Below the pieces are notes generated by a model. It saw only the letters and a list, made by a program, of their open reading frames with translations. It did not search any database and was not told the origin of the DNA. Shown here piece by piece: positions 38,216 to 53,500 of a DNA stretch of 64,000 bases; the first letter of the stretch is position 1, and each line of letters starts with the position of its first letter. This DNA is from Octopus sinensis (taxonomy: Eukaryota). The position numbers and the translations under genes are program-made. The DNA lies in assembly GCF_006345805.1 (NCBI RefSeq), contig NC_043026.1, forward strand, positions 7,254,001 through 7,318,000. The letters run 5' to 3'.

Positions 38216-39807
38216 TTAGAAGTTGTTGATGTTGTTGCATGTTCCACATCTCCTATCTCCACATTCTTTTACTAAGAATTCTGATGAATCAGATAAATTA
38301 CAAAGATATACTTTCAGTTGTTTGAGCTTTTGTTTAATGTGTGATTTTCCATGCTAGCATGAGTTGACCAGGTATTGATTCTGAGGTAGAAATTTCTGGC
38401 TAATTACTGGATCTTATTCCTGCTAACCATCATCTTTTTTTGAAATAAGGGATTCCTAGAGTCGAGTACAGGTCAAGTGAAAGTGCGAAGCTAGCTGTCA
38501 TTAATGACAACGACAAACGTCAACATCATCATCTCTTTGTTGAAATGGTGACAGGAAAACTGTCAACACTGATGCTCAATCACACACACACACATATGCA
38601 GATATATATAAATATATATATAATATATACATATATATATATATATATGACTAGCCCTCTCTCTCTCTCTATATATATATATATCATCATCGTTTAGCGT
38701 CCGCTTTCCATGCTAGCATGGGTTGGACGGTTCAACTGGGGTCTGTGAAGCCAGAAGGCTGCATCAGGCCCAGTCTGATCTGGCAGTGTTTCTATGGCTG
38801 GATGCCCTTCCTAACGCCAACCACTCCATGAGTGTAGTGGGTGCATTTTACGTGCCACCTGCACAGGTGCCAGACGGAGCTGGCAAACGGCCACGGACGA
38901 ATGGTGCTTTTTACATGCCACCAGCATGGGGCCAGGCGAGGCTGGCAATGGCCACAAACGGATGGTGCTTTTTACGTGCCACCGGCACGGAGGCCAGTCG
39001 TGGTGGCGCTGGCAATGGAAAATAAACGATATGTTGAAATTGCTTTGAGATACATCAAAAAGTAGAGCTTTTACTTGTTAACAAGTGACCAGGAAGTTCT
39101 AACATTTGGGATTTTCAATAAATTCTACATTTGCTGGAACAGAAAAATGCAAAGTTTATATTTTGTAAGGAAACCCAAGTTAACTTTCTTGAGATGTAAT
39201 TTATAAGTTAAGTTTGGATTCCTTAATGACAATGTATCCTTCATATAACTGAGGTATCCTCAGCTTGATGAGTAACTGGTGGAGTACCCCTTGAGTAATT
39301 ATTTACTAACTAAGTAATGCACACCTGAGTCCTACATGTTATAACATGTAAATGTACAAACATCTTCAGTGTTAGCTAAAAATGAAAGTCAGCTGACTGA
39401 TAAGTAAGGCCTCACTGGCACTAAGTGTTTCTTTCTACCTGGGCATCTTTGAACTTAGTAACTAAGAAACATGTAGCCTGGATACACACACTAGCAATGC
39501 ATACTGGTGTTGCCTAGGTGTTATGATCTACAGCCACACTGTATTATTTGTTCCTTTACGGGCACAATCAGCACAGCTGGGAATGGTGAACTGGATTACT
39601 GGCATAATGGAAGTTATTGGTTTGTTTAAAAGTGAAGGGAGAGAGTACAATTTGCATGTATATATATATATATATACACACACACATTTATGAATTTGTG
39701 TTGCAAAGATGTAATGACTATACCAAAGTACAAACATCGTCCAACCCATGCCAGCATGGAAAGCAGACGTTAAACGATGATGATGATGATGCACCTGCAT
39801 ATATGTA

Positions 39808-39876
<69 letters not shown>

Positions 39877-42168
39877 ATATGTATGTGTGTTACTTGCTAT
39901 ATATATATATGTATATCTGTGTGTGTATGTGAAAATATATATATACACAAAACATATACACAATACATACATATATAGGACGGGCTTCTTTCAGTTTCCA
40001 TCTACCAAATCCACTCACAAGGCTTTGGTCGGCCCGAGGCTATAGTAGAAGGCACTTGCCCAAGGTACCATGCAGTGGGAATGAACCCAGAATCATGTGG
40101 TTGGTAAGCAAGCTACTTACCACACAGCCACTCCTGTGCCTATGAGTAAAGACAGACAAAATACCGCTAAGCATTTTGCCTGGCGTGCTAAAGATTCTGC
40201 CAGCTCGCTGCCTTATAATAATAACAATAGTAATAATAATAATGGGCCCGAATTTAACCACAAGGGTAGCCATTTTGGGGGAAGAGGATGAGTCAATTAC
40301 ATCAACCCCAGTATCTCTCTGGTACTTAATTTATCGGCTCTGAAAGGATGAAAGGCAAAGTCGACCTCAGTAGAATTTCAACCCAGAACATAGTGACAGG
40401 CGAAAATAATAATAATAATTTTTCTTCTTCTTCTTATTATTATTATTGTCTGCCTGTTCCCATCCCACCATACGCATTGTGAATTGGAGCTGGTTACTCA
40501 CCTGCCTCGCTTATCTATTTATTTGGTCTGAGTTACAATTGCCCAATTATCTCTACCTGCATACCTGGTCGTGCGTTCATTTATTTACCCCTCCCACCTG
40601 TTGGAATGACTACAGGTGTGTTAGTATGCCCTGGGAGAGAGAGAGAGAAGGGGAGGGAAGTGATATGGAAAAGACTTTTAAATAATGCTGTCCCCTCCCC
40701 CCCCCGCTAATCGTTGCAATCGTTGTCATCACGATCGTTGTCATCATCATCATCATTACCACCACCACCATCATCGTCGTCGTTGTCACATCATTATCAC
40801 CCTGTACTTAACTCCATGTCCCCCTACATGGCCTTGCTATTTGCTTTTGAGCCAAATTAACTAACTAACTAACTAACATCATCATTATCACCATCATCAT
40901 TGCCATCGTCATCACATCATCATAGTCAAGGCTATAGTAGAAGACACTTGCCCAAGGTGCCATGCAGTGGGACTGAACCCAGAACCATGTGGTTGGGAAG
41001 CAAGCTTCTTACCATGCGTAAAAAATTTGGGATTGGATGGTCATGGCAAGAATGTCTTAAATCATTGTTCTTGATCAGGACTGAACAACAATGATAAAGG
41101 ACACATTAGATAATGTAGTCCTAGATAGACTATGTCTGAATAAAAGGTTGGATGGTCACAGCTGGAACCCCTTAAATCATAAGTGCGTTAGATCAGGACT
41201 AACCTGGGGCTAAACAACAAGAAGGACACATTAGATAATGTAGTCCTAGATACACTATGCCTGAATAAAAGGTGACATGGTCATGGCTGGAACCCCTTTG
41301 GTCATAGGGGCTCGATTAGGGCTAAACCACAACATCAACAAAGAACGGCACATTAGATAATGTAGTACTAGATACACTATATCGGATGGGTTAGTCATGG
41401 TTGGACTACTGCTTATTATAGATCATAGGATGAAGACAGATCTTAGGCAGGGACTAAACAACAATTGTCAAGACTAAGCACACTCGAGTTGCTAGTAATA
41501 GCAGCCAAATTACACCCCCCTCCTGTCCATCTATCTAAAAATATGCCAAACTATGGAGTTCTTTTCTTTGCACTTGTCCACCTGTCTAGCTTTATCTTAT
41601 CAATATGTTTTTTGTATCGTCTTCTAGTGTTTTGCCTTCTTGTCCCAGTTTGTATTTTTCTACATATAATAATAGATATATTTATCTGTCTGTCTGTCTG
41701 TCTCTCTCTCTCTGTCTACCTATGTATCTATCTGTCAATGTATGTATGTACATATGTATCTATCTGTGTGTCTGTCTATCTATCTATCTTTCTGTCCCTC
41801 TGTCTCTTAGACTGTCTGTCTGTTTGTCCATCTACCTATCCATCCATCCATCTGTCTGTCTGCCTGCTTGCCTGCCCATCGGTCTGTCTGTCTGTCTACC
41901 TATATATCTATCTATTCAGGCAAATTTTTTTCTCTTCATCTTCCTACCTGTTTACCTTAATTACGCACCGACCTACCTGCCTAATTATCCCTCCCTCTCT
42001 CTCTCTCTCTGTGAGTTTCTCAACATATCTGTCTACTTGTTACCCTCCACCCCAATCCATCCATGTCTTCTCTCCAGAAGCTGTCCATTTATACTTTTCA
42101 CTCCACATAACTGTCTTTGTTTTTAAGTCAACAGAACTATTTGTCTTGACAACTTCCTTTCAATGGCC

Positions 42169-42218
<50 letters not shown>

Positions 42219-42560
42219 CTCTTTCTCTCTGCTTATCTACCTATTTTAATTACCTGTTTGAATTTGTCTGTCTGTCTGTCTCTCTACCTACTTCAACAAA
42301 CCATTCAAACCTATCTCTCTCTCCCTCCTTCTCCCTCTTTACCTATTTTAACAAACCATCAAAATCTCTCTCTCTTGCTCTAGAAAAATAAATAATAGCC
42401 CTAGGAGTGGCCGTGCGGTAAGTAGCTTGTTTACCAACCACATGGTTCTGGGTTCAGTCCCACTGCATGGTACCTTGAGCAAGTGTCTTCTACTATAGCC
42501 TTGGGCCAACCAAAGCCTTGTGAGTGGATTTGGTAAACGGAAACTGAAAGAAGCCTGTTG

Positions 42561-42597
<37 letters not shown>

Positions 42598-42959
42598 ATA
42601 TGTTTGTGTGTCTGTGTCCCCCCTCCCCAACATTGCTTGACAACCGATGCTGGTGTGTTTATGTCCCCGTTACTTAGCGGTTTGGCAAAAGAGACCGATA
42701 GAATAAGTACTAAGCTTACAAAGAATAAGCCCTGGGGTCGATTAAAGGTGGTACTCCAGCATGGCCACAGTCAAATGACTGAAACAAGGAAAAAAAAATG
42801 CAGCAAAACTGTTCAGAAATTAAATAACACTAACATATTCAGTAACAATAATAAATTTGGTTTATTCTCAACAATTTTTAGTTTTACCAATCTTGAATAT
42901 ATTGCTCCTGTTTAAAACCTCTTGACAATTGCATTTCTAGCTCTGTTTTGAAGGAAGCT

Positions 42960-43135
42960 TTACTTCTTGGACTCAGGTTTTCATGCGCAGTGATGTTATT
43001 AAACCCCCATTAACAGCACTGTATGCAGGTCCTTTCTGTTTTCTTTGATGCACAGATAAATTCTTCACTATAGACCTTACTGGTTGTAAAGACACTGTAT
43101 CAGTGGATAGACTAAAATAGGACTTCATAGAGAAA
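42960..43135 (+). mobile_element. Ty3/Gypsy LTR retrotransposon integrase C-terminal (GPY/F) fragment
   Basis: WTQVFMRSDVIKPPLTALYAGPFCFL*CTDKFFTIDLTGCKDTVSVDRLK*, with stops. Confidence 0.8.
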
Positions 43136-45749
43136 ACTGTCCCTGTTCCCACTGCAGACGACACCCACCTTCTCATTCCATGACTACCATTGGTATCAAT
43201 TCCATACAGGACAAGGATTCTGGATTATTTTTCTGGTTTTTTTACTTAATTTTTGAGAGCAGTCAGGTTCATTTTTAGTATTCTTGTTTGTGTGAGAGCA
43301 GTCGAGTTTTATTTCAGATATTCTCATTTTAAAAATCACCTCCGGCTAATCGCTGAGAGGACATTGGTGTTGCCTTGGTGGAGGTTTGCGCTCTCTGAAT
43401 GCTCTTGCTATTTTTATAATTTGTATATATTTATTTTATTATAAATGCAAAACAACCCTACACACTCACCTATTGAATTTCGTTTTCCATACAGTATGTG
43501 TGATTCCTTCTTTACTCATCTACAATACTTTACGAATTTTCTTTTAATATATTTCAATTAATGTTTCAATTAAGGCGTAGGAGTGGCTGTGTGGTAAGTA
43601 GCTTGTTTACCAACCACAGGGTTCCGGGTTCAGTCCCACTGCGTGGCACCTTGGGTAAGTGTCTTCTACTATAGCCTCGGGCTGACCAAAGCCTTGTGAG
43701 TAGATTTGGTAGACGGAAACTGAAAGAAGCCCGTCGTATATATGTATATATATATATATATATATATGTATGCATGTGTGTGTTTGTGTGTCTGTGTTTG
43801 TCCCCCTAGCATTGCTTGACAACCGATGCTGGTGTGTTTATATCCCCGTTACTTAGCGGTTCGGCAAAAGAGACCGATAGAATAAGTACTGGGCTTACAA
43901 AAAGAATAAGTTCCGGGGTCGAGTTGCTCGACTAAAGGCGGTGCTCCAGCATGGCCACAGTCAAAATGACTGAAACAAGTAAAAGAGTAAAGAGAAAGAG
44001 AGTAATGTGTTATTACAGTGCAGTCCTCTACTGTATTTTTATTTATTAATTTTTAGACATGAAAATGCTTATTTTACCACAGAAATAATTAAAATCTAAA
44101 AGAAATATAACAACCTATCGGCCGCAGAAACCCACGATATACTAAGGAGTTTGTGATATAAATTTACATATATCAGCCAGAAAAATCCATAATGTACTGA
44201 GGGCACAATAGGTGAACCGTTATAGGGCAAGTGATGACTGTATCTCCTTTGTGGCAGCACACCGATTCCTGTCTTCATCCCTCATCTCTCTCTCCGGCCG
44301 GGTAACCTTGTACCTCCCCTACAGGAAGACACCTATTTCTGTCTCACTATAACCTTTCATCACCTGAAAAAAAAATAACCCTCTCCAATGCCCCCCTTCC
44401 TCTCAAAGGATCTCTGTCTTGCAGGTTTTCTTGGTGACCCTGTCAGTGCAGGTTGCCACTTGAAAAGCACCCAATACATTTTGTGAAGTGGTTGGCATTT
44501 GGGAGGACATCCAGATGTAATACACCTTGCCAATACTGATCTCTTCTGTGCTTGTGTCACGTAAAAAACACTCAGTCCACTCTGCTGGGTGGTTGGTGTT
44601 AGGAAGGGCATCCAGCTGTAAAAACTCTGTCAAAACAGACATAGTAGCCTGGTGCAGGCTTCTGTTTGGCCAACTTCCATCAAACTGTTCCAATCATGCC
44701 AGCATGGAAGGCGGATATTAAACAATGATGTTGATATATACACACACATATCATCATCATTTAGCATCCGCTTTCCATGCTAGCATGGGTTGGACGGTTC
44801 AACTGGGGTCTGGGGAGCCAGTAGGCTGCGCCAGGCCCAGTCTGATCTGGCAGAGTTTCTACAGCTGGATGCCCTTCCTAATGCCAACCACTCCGGGAGT
44901 GTAGTGGGTGCTTTTCACGTGCCACCTGCACAGGTGCCAGACGAGGCTGGCAAACAGCCACGATCGGATGGTGCTTTTTACGTGCCACCGGCACAAGGTG
45001 TATATATCTACCTTTTTATATATATATATCTATATGTATATATATATATCTATATGTATATATATATCTATATATAGGTGCAAGAGTGGTAAGAAGCTTG
45101 CTTCTCAACCACATGGTTCTGGGTTCAGTCCCACTGCATGGCACCTTGGGCATCTATCTTTTACTATAGCCTCGGGTTGACCAAAGCCTTGTGAGTGGAT
45201 TTGGTAGACAGAAACTGAAAGAAGCCCGTTATTTCAAAATGTAACCACATGTGTATCGTTGGTGATTTTTTTTTCCTCTGTCTTCCTTTCCTCCGTCTCC
45301 TGTTTCTGACAAAGAGCTTTGCTCAAAATGTAAGACTACCTTTCTTTCTTTCCCTGAGCATCTGTTAATACTTTGCATGTACCATGTCTTTGCATTGTTG
45401 CTTTTTTCTTGTGTTTGTTCTTCATTTTTTGGGGATTTACTATTTTATATATATATATGTGTGTGTGTGTGTGTATATATATATATGGATAGATAGATAG
45501 GTAGATATATATGTTATTTGTGTCTTTGCTTGCCCCCTCACCATTGCTTGACAACCCATTTTGGTGTGTTTACATCCCTGTCACACAGAGATTTAGCAAA
45601 AAGAGACCGATAGATTATGTACTAGGCTTACAGAGAATAACTCCTGGGGTCGATTTGTTTGACTAAAGGCGGTGCTCCAGCAGGGCCACAGTCAAACGAT
45701 TGTAACAAGTAAAAGAAAATGAATAAAATATATATATATATATATATAT

Positions 45750-46212
45750 AACAGGCTTCTTTCAGTTTCCATCAACCAAATCCACTTACAATGCTTTGGT
45801 CTGCCTAGGACTACAGTAAAAGAAACTTGCATAAAGTGCCACACAGTGGGACTGAACCTAGAACCATGTGGTTGGGAAGCAAGCTACTTACCACACAGCC
45901 ACTCATGTGCCTATAATATATACGGTGGGATTCTTTCAGTTTCCGTCAACCAAATCCACTCACAAGGCTTTTGTCTGCCTAGGGCTATAGTAGAAGACAC
46001 TTGCCCAAGGTTCCACACAGTGGGACTGAACCTGGAACCATGTGGTTGGGAAGCAAGTTTCTTACCTCACAACCACTCCTGCGCCTATCATATATACAAG
46101 CTTCTTTCAGTTTCCATCTACCAAATCCACTCACAAGGCTTTGGTCTGCCTAGGGCTACAGTAGAAGACACTTGATCAAGGTGCCATACAGTGGGACTGA
46201 ACCTGGAACCAT
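45750..46212 (-). repeat. Three tandem copies of the family A SINE head
   Basis: ttctttcagtttcc...gggactgaacc repeated three times, sharing the private variant tctgcctagg. Confidence 0.85.
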
Positions 46213-46439
46213 ATGTTTTGGTTATTGACTTCTCAATCCCGCAGTTGTACCTATCTTTATTAACTGTTCTTCTAATACTTACATAATTATCCCCCCCCCC
46301 CCGCCTGACTTTTATAGCCAACAAGCTGACTATTCTAATTACATATCTGTCTAATTATCACCTAACAAGAGATAGCTACTTGGTCGTCCAACGTGGTGGA
46401 CATAGCTGCCTCGTCCCTTAAACACCATTTTAGGAAATA

Positions 46440-47225
46440 AGGAAAAGTCTAGATGCGCTGTGTCTAAATATAGGATAGGATGGTCATGCATGGAATGTCT
46501 TTGATCATAGGTCTTCTGGATCAGACCTGGGGCTAAACAACTGCAACAATGAAAGACACATGAGATAATATAGTCCTAGATACACTATGCCTGAATAAAA
46601 AATGGCATGCTCATGGCTGGAACATCTTTGATCATAGGTCTGCTGGATCAGGACTCACCTGGGGCTAAACAACAAGAAGGACACATTATATAATATAGTC
46701 CTAGATACTCTAAGCCTGAATCAAAGACGGGATGGTCACAGCTGGAACATCTTTGATCATAGGTCTACTGGATCAGACTGACCTAGGGCTAAACAACAAG
46801 AAAGACACATGAGATAATATAGTCCTAGATACACTATGCCTGAATAAAAAATGGCATGGTCATGGCTGGAACATCTTTGATCATAAGTCTGCTGGATCAA
46901 GACTGACCTGGGGTTAAACAACAACATCAATGAAGGACACATGAGATAATGTAATCCTAGATACACTAAGCCTGAATAAAAATCAGTATGGTCATGGCTG
47001 GAACATCTTTGATCATAAGTTTCTTGGATCAGGACTGACCTGGGGCTAAACAATAACAAGGAAGGACATATTAGATAATGTAGTCCTAGATACACTATGC
47101 CTGAATAAAAGACGGGATGGTCACAGCTGGAACATCTTTGATCATAGGTCTACTGGATCAACTGACCTGGGGCTAAACAACAAGGAAGGACATATTAGAT
47201 AATGTAGTCCTAGATACACTATGTC
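46440..47225 (+). repeat. Tandem array of a 125-130 bp dispersed repeat, about 6 units; smaller arrays at about 31470-31780 and 41040-41465
   Basis: gatcata recurs at 46503, 46630, 46755, 46879, 47011 and 47140; units end CTGGGGCTAAACAACAA. Confidence 0.9.
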
Positions 47226-48301
47226 AGCAAAAAAGTAGCTTCTGATCAAAAACCAAGTACAACAGGTGACTAAAATAACTTACAACCTGTCTAATTATAC
47301 ATGTCTGTCTGTGTGTCCCTCAGCCTCTATATTTACACCAAACTTCACTCGTCACTTAATTACCCTCCACCGATGATTACAAGACTTAAATTAATTAGCA
47401 GTTAGCGTGGATGTGATCGGGAACCTAGTGCTCCAGCATGGCCACTGTCGAATGACTAAAAGAGAGAATGGAGAGGAGTAAAGGAGTGGTCGCCAGCATG
47501 GCTGTAACTGCGTGGTAAAGAAGTTTACTTAGTGACCAGAAGGTTTTCGGTTCAATCCCACTGCGTGGCACCTTGGAACTCGGGTAAGGGTCTTCTGCTG
47601 TACTCCTTGGTGGACTTATCCTGAATTAGGGCACTTGGTAGAGGGGGAACTCACAGGATGCCTGTCGTGCATTCTTCTATCCTTGTGTTCTTTCACTTGT
47701 TTCAGTCATTTCACTGTGGCCATGCTGGAGCACTGCCTTGAAGGCTTTCTAGTGGAAGAAACTGATCCTAGGACTTGTTCTTTGTAAGCCTAGTATTTAG
47801 TCTAACGATCGCTTTTGATGAACCGCTAGGTTACGGGGACGTAAACACACCAACACTGGTTGTCAATGCTGGGGGAGAAACAGAGAAACACAAATATATA
47901 TATATATCTTTTATCTTTTACTTGTTTCAGTCATTTGACTGCGGCCATGCTGGAGCACCGCCTTTAGTCGAGCAACTCGACCCCGGAACTTATTCTTTGT
48001 AAGCCCAGTACTTATTCTATCGGTCCCTTTTTGCCGAACCGCTAAGTGACGGGGACGTAAACACACCAGCATCGGTTGTCAAGCAATGCTAGGGGGACAA
48101 ACACAGACACACAAACACATACACTTATATATATATACATATATACGACAGGCTTCTTTCAGTTTACGTCTACCAAATCCACTCACAAGGCATTGGTCGG
48201 CCCGGGGCTATAGCAGAAGACACTTGCCCAAGATGCCACGCAGTGGGACTGAACCCGGAACCATGTGGTTGGTTAGCAAGCTACTTACCACACAGCCACT
48301 C

Positions 48302-48345
<44 letters not shown>

Positions 48346-49429
48346 GGTAAGAAGAAAATGGAGGACAAGGGTTGGAGACAGGAAGAGCATCGGGGCCATG
48401 AAAATCCTGCCTGAAATAACTCTATCCAACCCAAGTCCTACAAGCATGGAGGGAACAAATGTAAAACAAGCAAGCAAATTAAGCACAAAGGATTCAAATT
48501 CTGGAACAGACGAGGTGTGTAGCTGATTAAATCTTCAGGTCTGTCTTAGAAAATTGGTTGGCATCTATTAATGTTACTATATTTTTTAACATACAAATCA
48601 ACATAGTATATTCTTTTACTTGTTTCAGTTATGTGACTGTGGCCATGCTGGAGCACCGTCTTTAGTCGAGCAAATCGACCCCAGGACTTATTCTTTGTAA
48701 GCCTAGTACTTATTCTATTGGTCTCTTTTGCCAAACCACTACGTTACGGGGACGTAAACACACCAGCATCAGTTGTCAAGCGATGTTGGAGGAACAAACA
48801 CACAGACATATACACAACAGGCTTCTTTCAGTTTCCATCTACCAAATCCAATCACAAGTCTTTGGTCAGCCCGAGGCTATAGTAGAAGACACTTGCAACC
48901 ATGTGGTTGGTAAGCAAGCTACTTACCACACAGCGACTCCCATGCCTATACTTACCACACAGCCACTCCCACGCCTATACTTACCACACAGCCACTCCCA
49001 CGCCTATATAGTATATATAGTATATAGTGTAGACATTCAAACATTGTCCACCGTCTTTTCAAATGCTGCTGTATTTCTCATAGAATTTTTCTCTTCTGCC
49101 AAACTTCTCTTCGTCTCAAGCTCGACTTACCTTTTTTGGGCTGCAAAATTTTTGTCTGAAAAATTTGTCATGCATGCTGGAGAAAGCAGTAACACTTGGA
49201 GGAATATGGTTATTAAAATGATTCTGGTGTAATTTGAACTGAGAATACTCGGTGTTGTAAATAAGTATTTTGATCACATGCTTTGCCAATTGTGGTAATT
49301 TACGAATAAAACTTAAGGAAAACATTAATAAACAGAAAAGGAAACAGGATCGTGTTTTTTGGGTTGTGGTTGTTGTTGTTTTAGACTTGGTTCTGTCGGT
49401 AATTAAAGTATTTAATTACACTCACACAG

Positions 49430-50370
49430 AGTATGTGTATATATAGAAATGTATATATATACATATATATATATACATATATATACATATATATATATGT
49501 ACCTATACATATACATACATATATATATATGTACCTATACATATACATATACATATATATATGTACATATACATATATATATTACATATACATATATACA
49601 TATATATATACATATATGTACATATACATTATATATATACATATATACATATATGTACATATACATATATACATATATGTACATATACATATATACATAT
49701 ATGTACATATACATATACATATATGTACCTATACATATACATATATATATATGTACCTATACATATACATATATATATATGTACCTATACATATACATAT
49801 ACATATATATATATGTACATATATATACATATATATATACACATATATATATACATATATATATACATATATATATACACATATATGTACATATACATAT
49901 ATGTACATATACATATATATATATACATATATATATTTCTTTATTGTCCACAAGGGGCTAAACACAGAGAGGACAAACAAGGACAGACAAACGGATTAAG
50001 TCGATTACATCGACCCCAGTGCGTAACTGGTACTTAATTTATCGACCCCGAAAGGATGAAAGGCAAAGTCGACCTCGGCGGAATTTGAACTCAGAATGTA
50101 ACGGCAGACGAAATACGGCTACTCATTTCGTCCGGCGTGCTAACGTTTCTGCCAGCTCGCCGCCTTATATATATACATATATATATACACATATATGTAC
50201 ATATACATATATACATATATGTACATATACATATATACATATATGTACATATACATATATACATATATGTACATATACATATATATATATACATATATAT
50301 ATATACATATATATATACATATATACATATATATATATACATAATATATATACATATATTTATATACATA

Positions 50371-50416
<46 letters not shown>

Positions 50417-50580
50417 CATATATATATATATACATATACACATAAAAATATATATACATATATATACATATACATATAAATATATATACATATATAAATA
50501 CATATACATATATATACATATACATATATATACATACATATACATATATATACATATATATGTGTGCGTGTGTATGTATT
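49430..50580. repeat. Compound (TA)/(TACA) microsatellite of about 1.1 kb, split by a family B SINE
   Basis: direct reading; other long simple repeats at about 4705-4893, 13205-13353, 23472-23600, 25110-25620, 25860-26190, 26425-26765, 33105-33430. Confidence 0.95.
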
Positions 50581-53500
50581 TTAGTGTCTCCTGTTTTTCC
50601 CTTTTTTTTTAATAAATCAAAAAATAAACCCATCATTTCAAAAATTTAAAAGAAAAAATCCTCCCTCCCCAAAAACTGATCCCATCCCCCCACACACTTT
50701 CCATGAAGATCCATTAAAAAATTTTTTATATATATATATACACACATGTATTATGTACTCAAACATATTTGTAAATATTGCTATAGAGGCAGATATTGTG
50801 TATATACAGCTATAATTATATACACACATATATCTATGTACATGAATAATGAATCATTAATTTAATTACGCAACTGGTAACTACTAATTAACTGTCAATT
50901 TCCATGAATGAGAGCCAAGCAGTTCGTCAGTTTGCCATGCTGGAAGAGAGTCAAATTTAATTAAAAAAAGAAAAAAAAAAGACATTAACAGACCCTCGCC
51001 ATGTTGCTTAATTACCTCATTCGTTAATAGACAGACCTCTATGTAATTGTTTCCAATCCCCATTGACCACCCCATTCACTTGTGTTAACAGCTTTTGTCA
51101 TCATCATCATTTAGCGTCCGTTTTCCATGCTAGCATGGGTTGGACGGTTCTACTGGGGTCTGTGAAGCCAGAAGGCTTCCTCAGGCCCAGTCAAATCTGG
51201 CAGACTTTCTACAGCTGGATGCCCTTCCTAACGCCAACCACTCCGTGAGTGTAGTGGGTGCTTTTTACGTGCCACCCGCACAGGTGCCAGACAGAGCTGG
51301 CAAACATCCACGAATGGATGGTGCTTTTACGTGTCACCGGCACGAGGCCAGTCGGGGCTGGCAATCTTTGTTTATCCTCCCACTAGTCCCCTTTCACAGT
51401 CTTGCCCACCCATTCACCCAATTTGGTACTTTGTCCTCATCATCATTTCACATCTGCTTTCCATGCTGGCATGGGTTGGACGGTTCCATATGGAGCTGTC
51501 CACACTCCAGGCCCTTCCTGAATGTGTTGGGTGCATTTATGTAGCACCAGCACAGCAGGTGCTTTTTAAGTGGCACTGGCACCTGGAAAGGGACAAGCCT
51601 GTATGTGTAGGGGACTGATTATCACATCTTCCGCTCCCTTGTCACTTCCTCAGCAAGGCCCAACACCCGAAGATCCTTTCTTACCATTTCTTTCTCGGCA
51701 TTGACTCAGTAACCAATCCTTTATTGTCTCTTAACTTACTGTAAGGCCAGCATTACCACACAGGCCAGCATTAGCCAGCCAGTCCTGAAAAGCAGAATAT
51801 CACAACAGTCATTCTAATATTATTTACATTCATCATGAAAGAATGGCAAAACTCTGTAATGTAAGGAAGAAAACTCTAATCTCTTTCTGTATTATTCATT
51901 CCTGTTCTGCGACAGAATTGTTAGTCTTGAAACATGAGCTCACAAGAGTTGTACTAACCTTCTTTACATTCATTAGAAAGGGAAAGAAGACGGCAAACAG
52001 GCAGAATTGTTAGGATACTGGACAAAACACTTAGTGCCACTGCTTTTAGCCTTAGTTCTGAGTTGGCTTTTATCATCATCATCATCGTTTAACATCCGCT
52101 TTCCATGCTAGCATGGGTTGGACGATTTTGACTGAGGACTGGAGAACCAGATGGCTGCACCAGGCTACAATCTTGATCTGGCAGAGTTTCTACAGCTGGA
52201 TGCTCTTCCTAACGACAACCACTCCGAGAGTGTAGTGGGTACTTTTTACGTGCCACCGGCACAAGTGCCAGGTGAGGCTGGCAATGGCCCCGATCGGTTG
52301 GTGCCTTTTACGTGCCACCGGCACAGAAGCCAGTCAAGGCAGCACTGGCATCGGCCACATTTGGATGGTGCTTTTTACGTGCCACCAGCACAGGTATCAC
52401 AACTACAATTTCCATTTGATTTTTGATGTTACTGTACTTGACTCAATAGGTCTCCTCAAGCACAGGGTCGAAACAGTGTTGCCACCTGCACAGGAGTCAG
52501 TCCAGCAGCACTGGCAACGACTTCGCTCGAATGTTTTGTTCACGTGCTACCGGCACAAGTGCCAGTAAGGCGACGCTGCAAACAATCATGATCAAAAGGT
52601 GCATGGAAGCCAGACAGCTGCTCTGGCAGTGGTCCCGCTTGGATGGAGCTGTTAGCACTCCACTGGCACGGGTGCCAGTCATCGAATTTGGTTCAATTTC
52701 GATTTCACTTGCCCCAACAGGTCTTATTGATAAAATCAATACTAGTTGAGCTGTGGGTTAAATGTAATTGACTACGCTCTTTCCCTAAAAGTTCAGGCCT
52801 TTGCCCGTAGTGGAAAAGGATCGCAATAATTACTGTTAAAAAGGTGGAAGCTGACAAAATCATCAGCAATATTTTGTTTGTCTTTCTGTTCTGAGTTCAA
52901 ATTCCACCCGAGTTGACTTTACCTTTTATCCTTTTGGGGGTTGATAAAATAAGCACCAGTTGAGCACAGGGGTCAATGTAATTCACTAACCGTCCCCCTC
53001 ACCAAATTACAAGCCCTGTGCCCTGTGGTAGAAAGAATAGAAAGAATTTTGAAGAAAATGAATTTTTTCCTGAAAGAGAAAATTCTCCTCTCTTTTCGTG
53101 TCATTCATAGAATTATTTCAGGACTCTGCGTTTGATGTGGAAAAATTCCAACAAGACATTAAAACTGAATATGTCTAATATCAAATTTCTATTGCTGTAT
53201 TCAGAATGTGGGTCACTTCTGTTCCCTAGAGAGAAATTTATTCCGTCTTACATGTAGAAAAATCTCAGATTAATGATAGGGATAATGAGAGATGAAAAAA
53301 AGATCTGGGGTTTCTGTTTGAAAATTTAGCCTTTTTTTTTTTTTGTTTATTTTTGCACTGAACTCCATTTCCAAAATGGCAATTAGGTGCACTAAGAGGC
53401 CTGCAAAGATCTGGCCATTGTTGTATACACACACACACACACAATATGTGTGAATACGTACATTTCTACACATATTGAGTTCTACATCGGGATATTAACC

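Noticed and set aside
49030-49330. Non-repetitive stretch with short ORFs and a - strand GTAAGT, considered as a missing exon
   Set aside because: No recognisable protein similarity and no consistent splice pair in any frame.
49433-50636. Long ORFs rich in Y/I/H/T; similar ORFs at 4666-5044, 24835-25467, 26170-27052, 33021-33650 and 41465-42391
   Set aside because: They are translations of microsatellites that lack stop codons.
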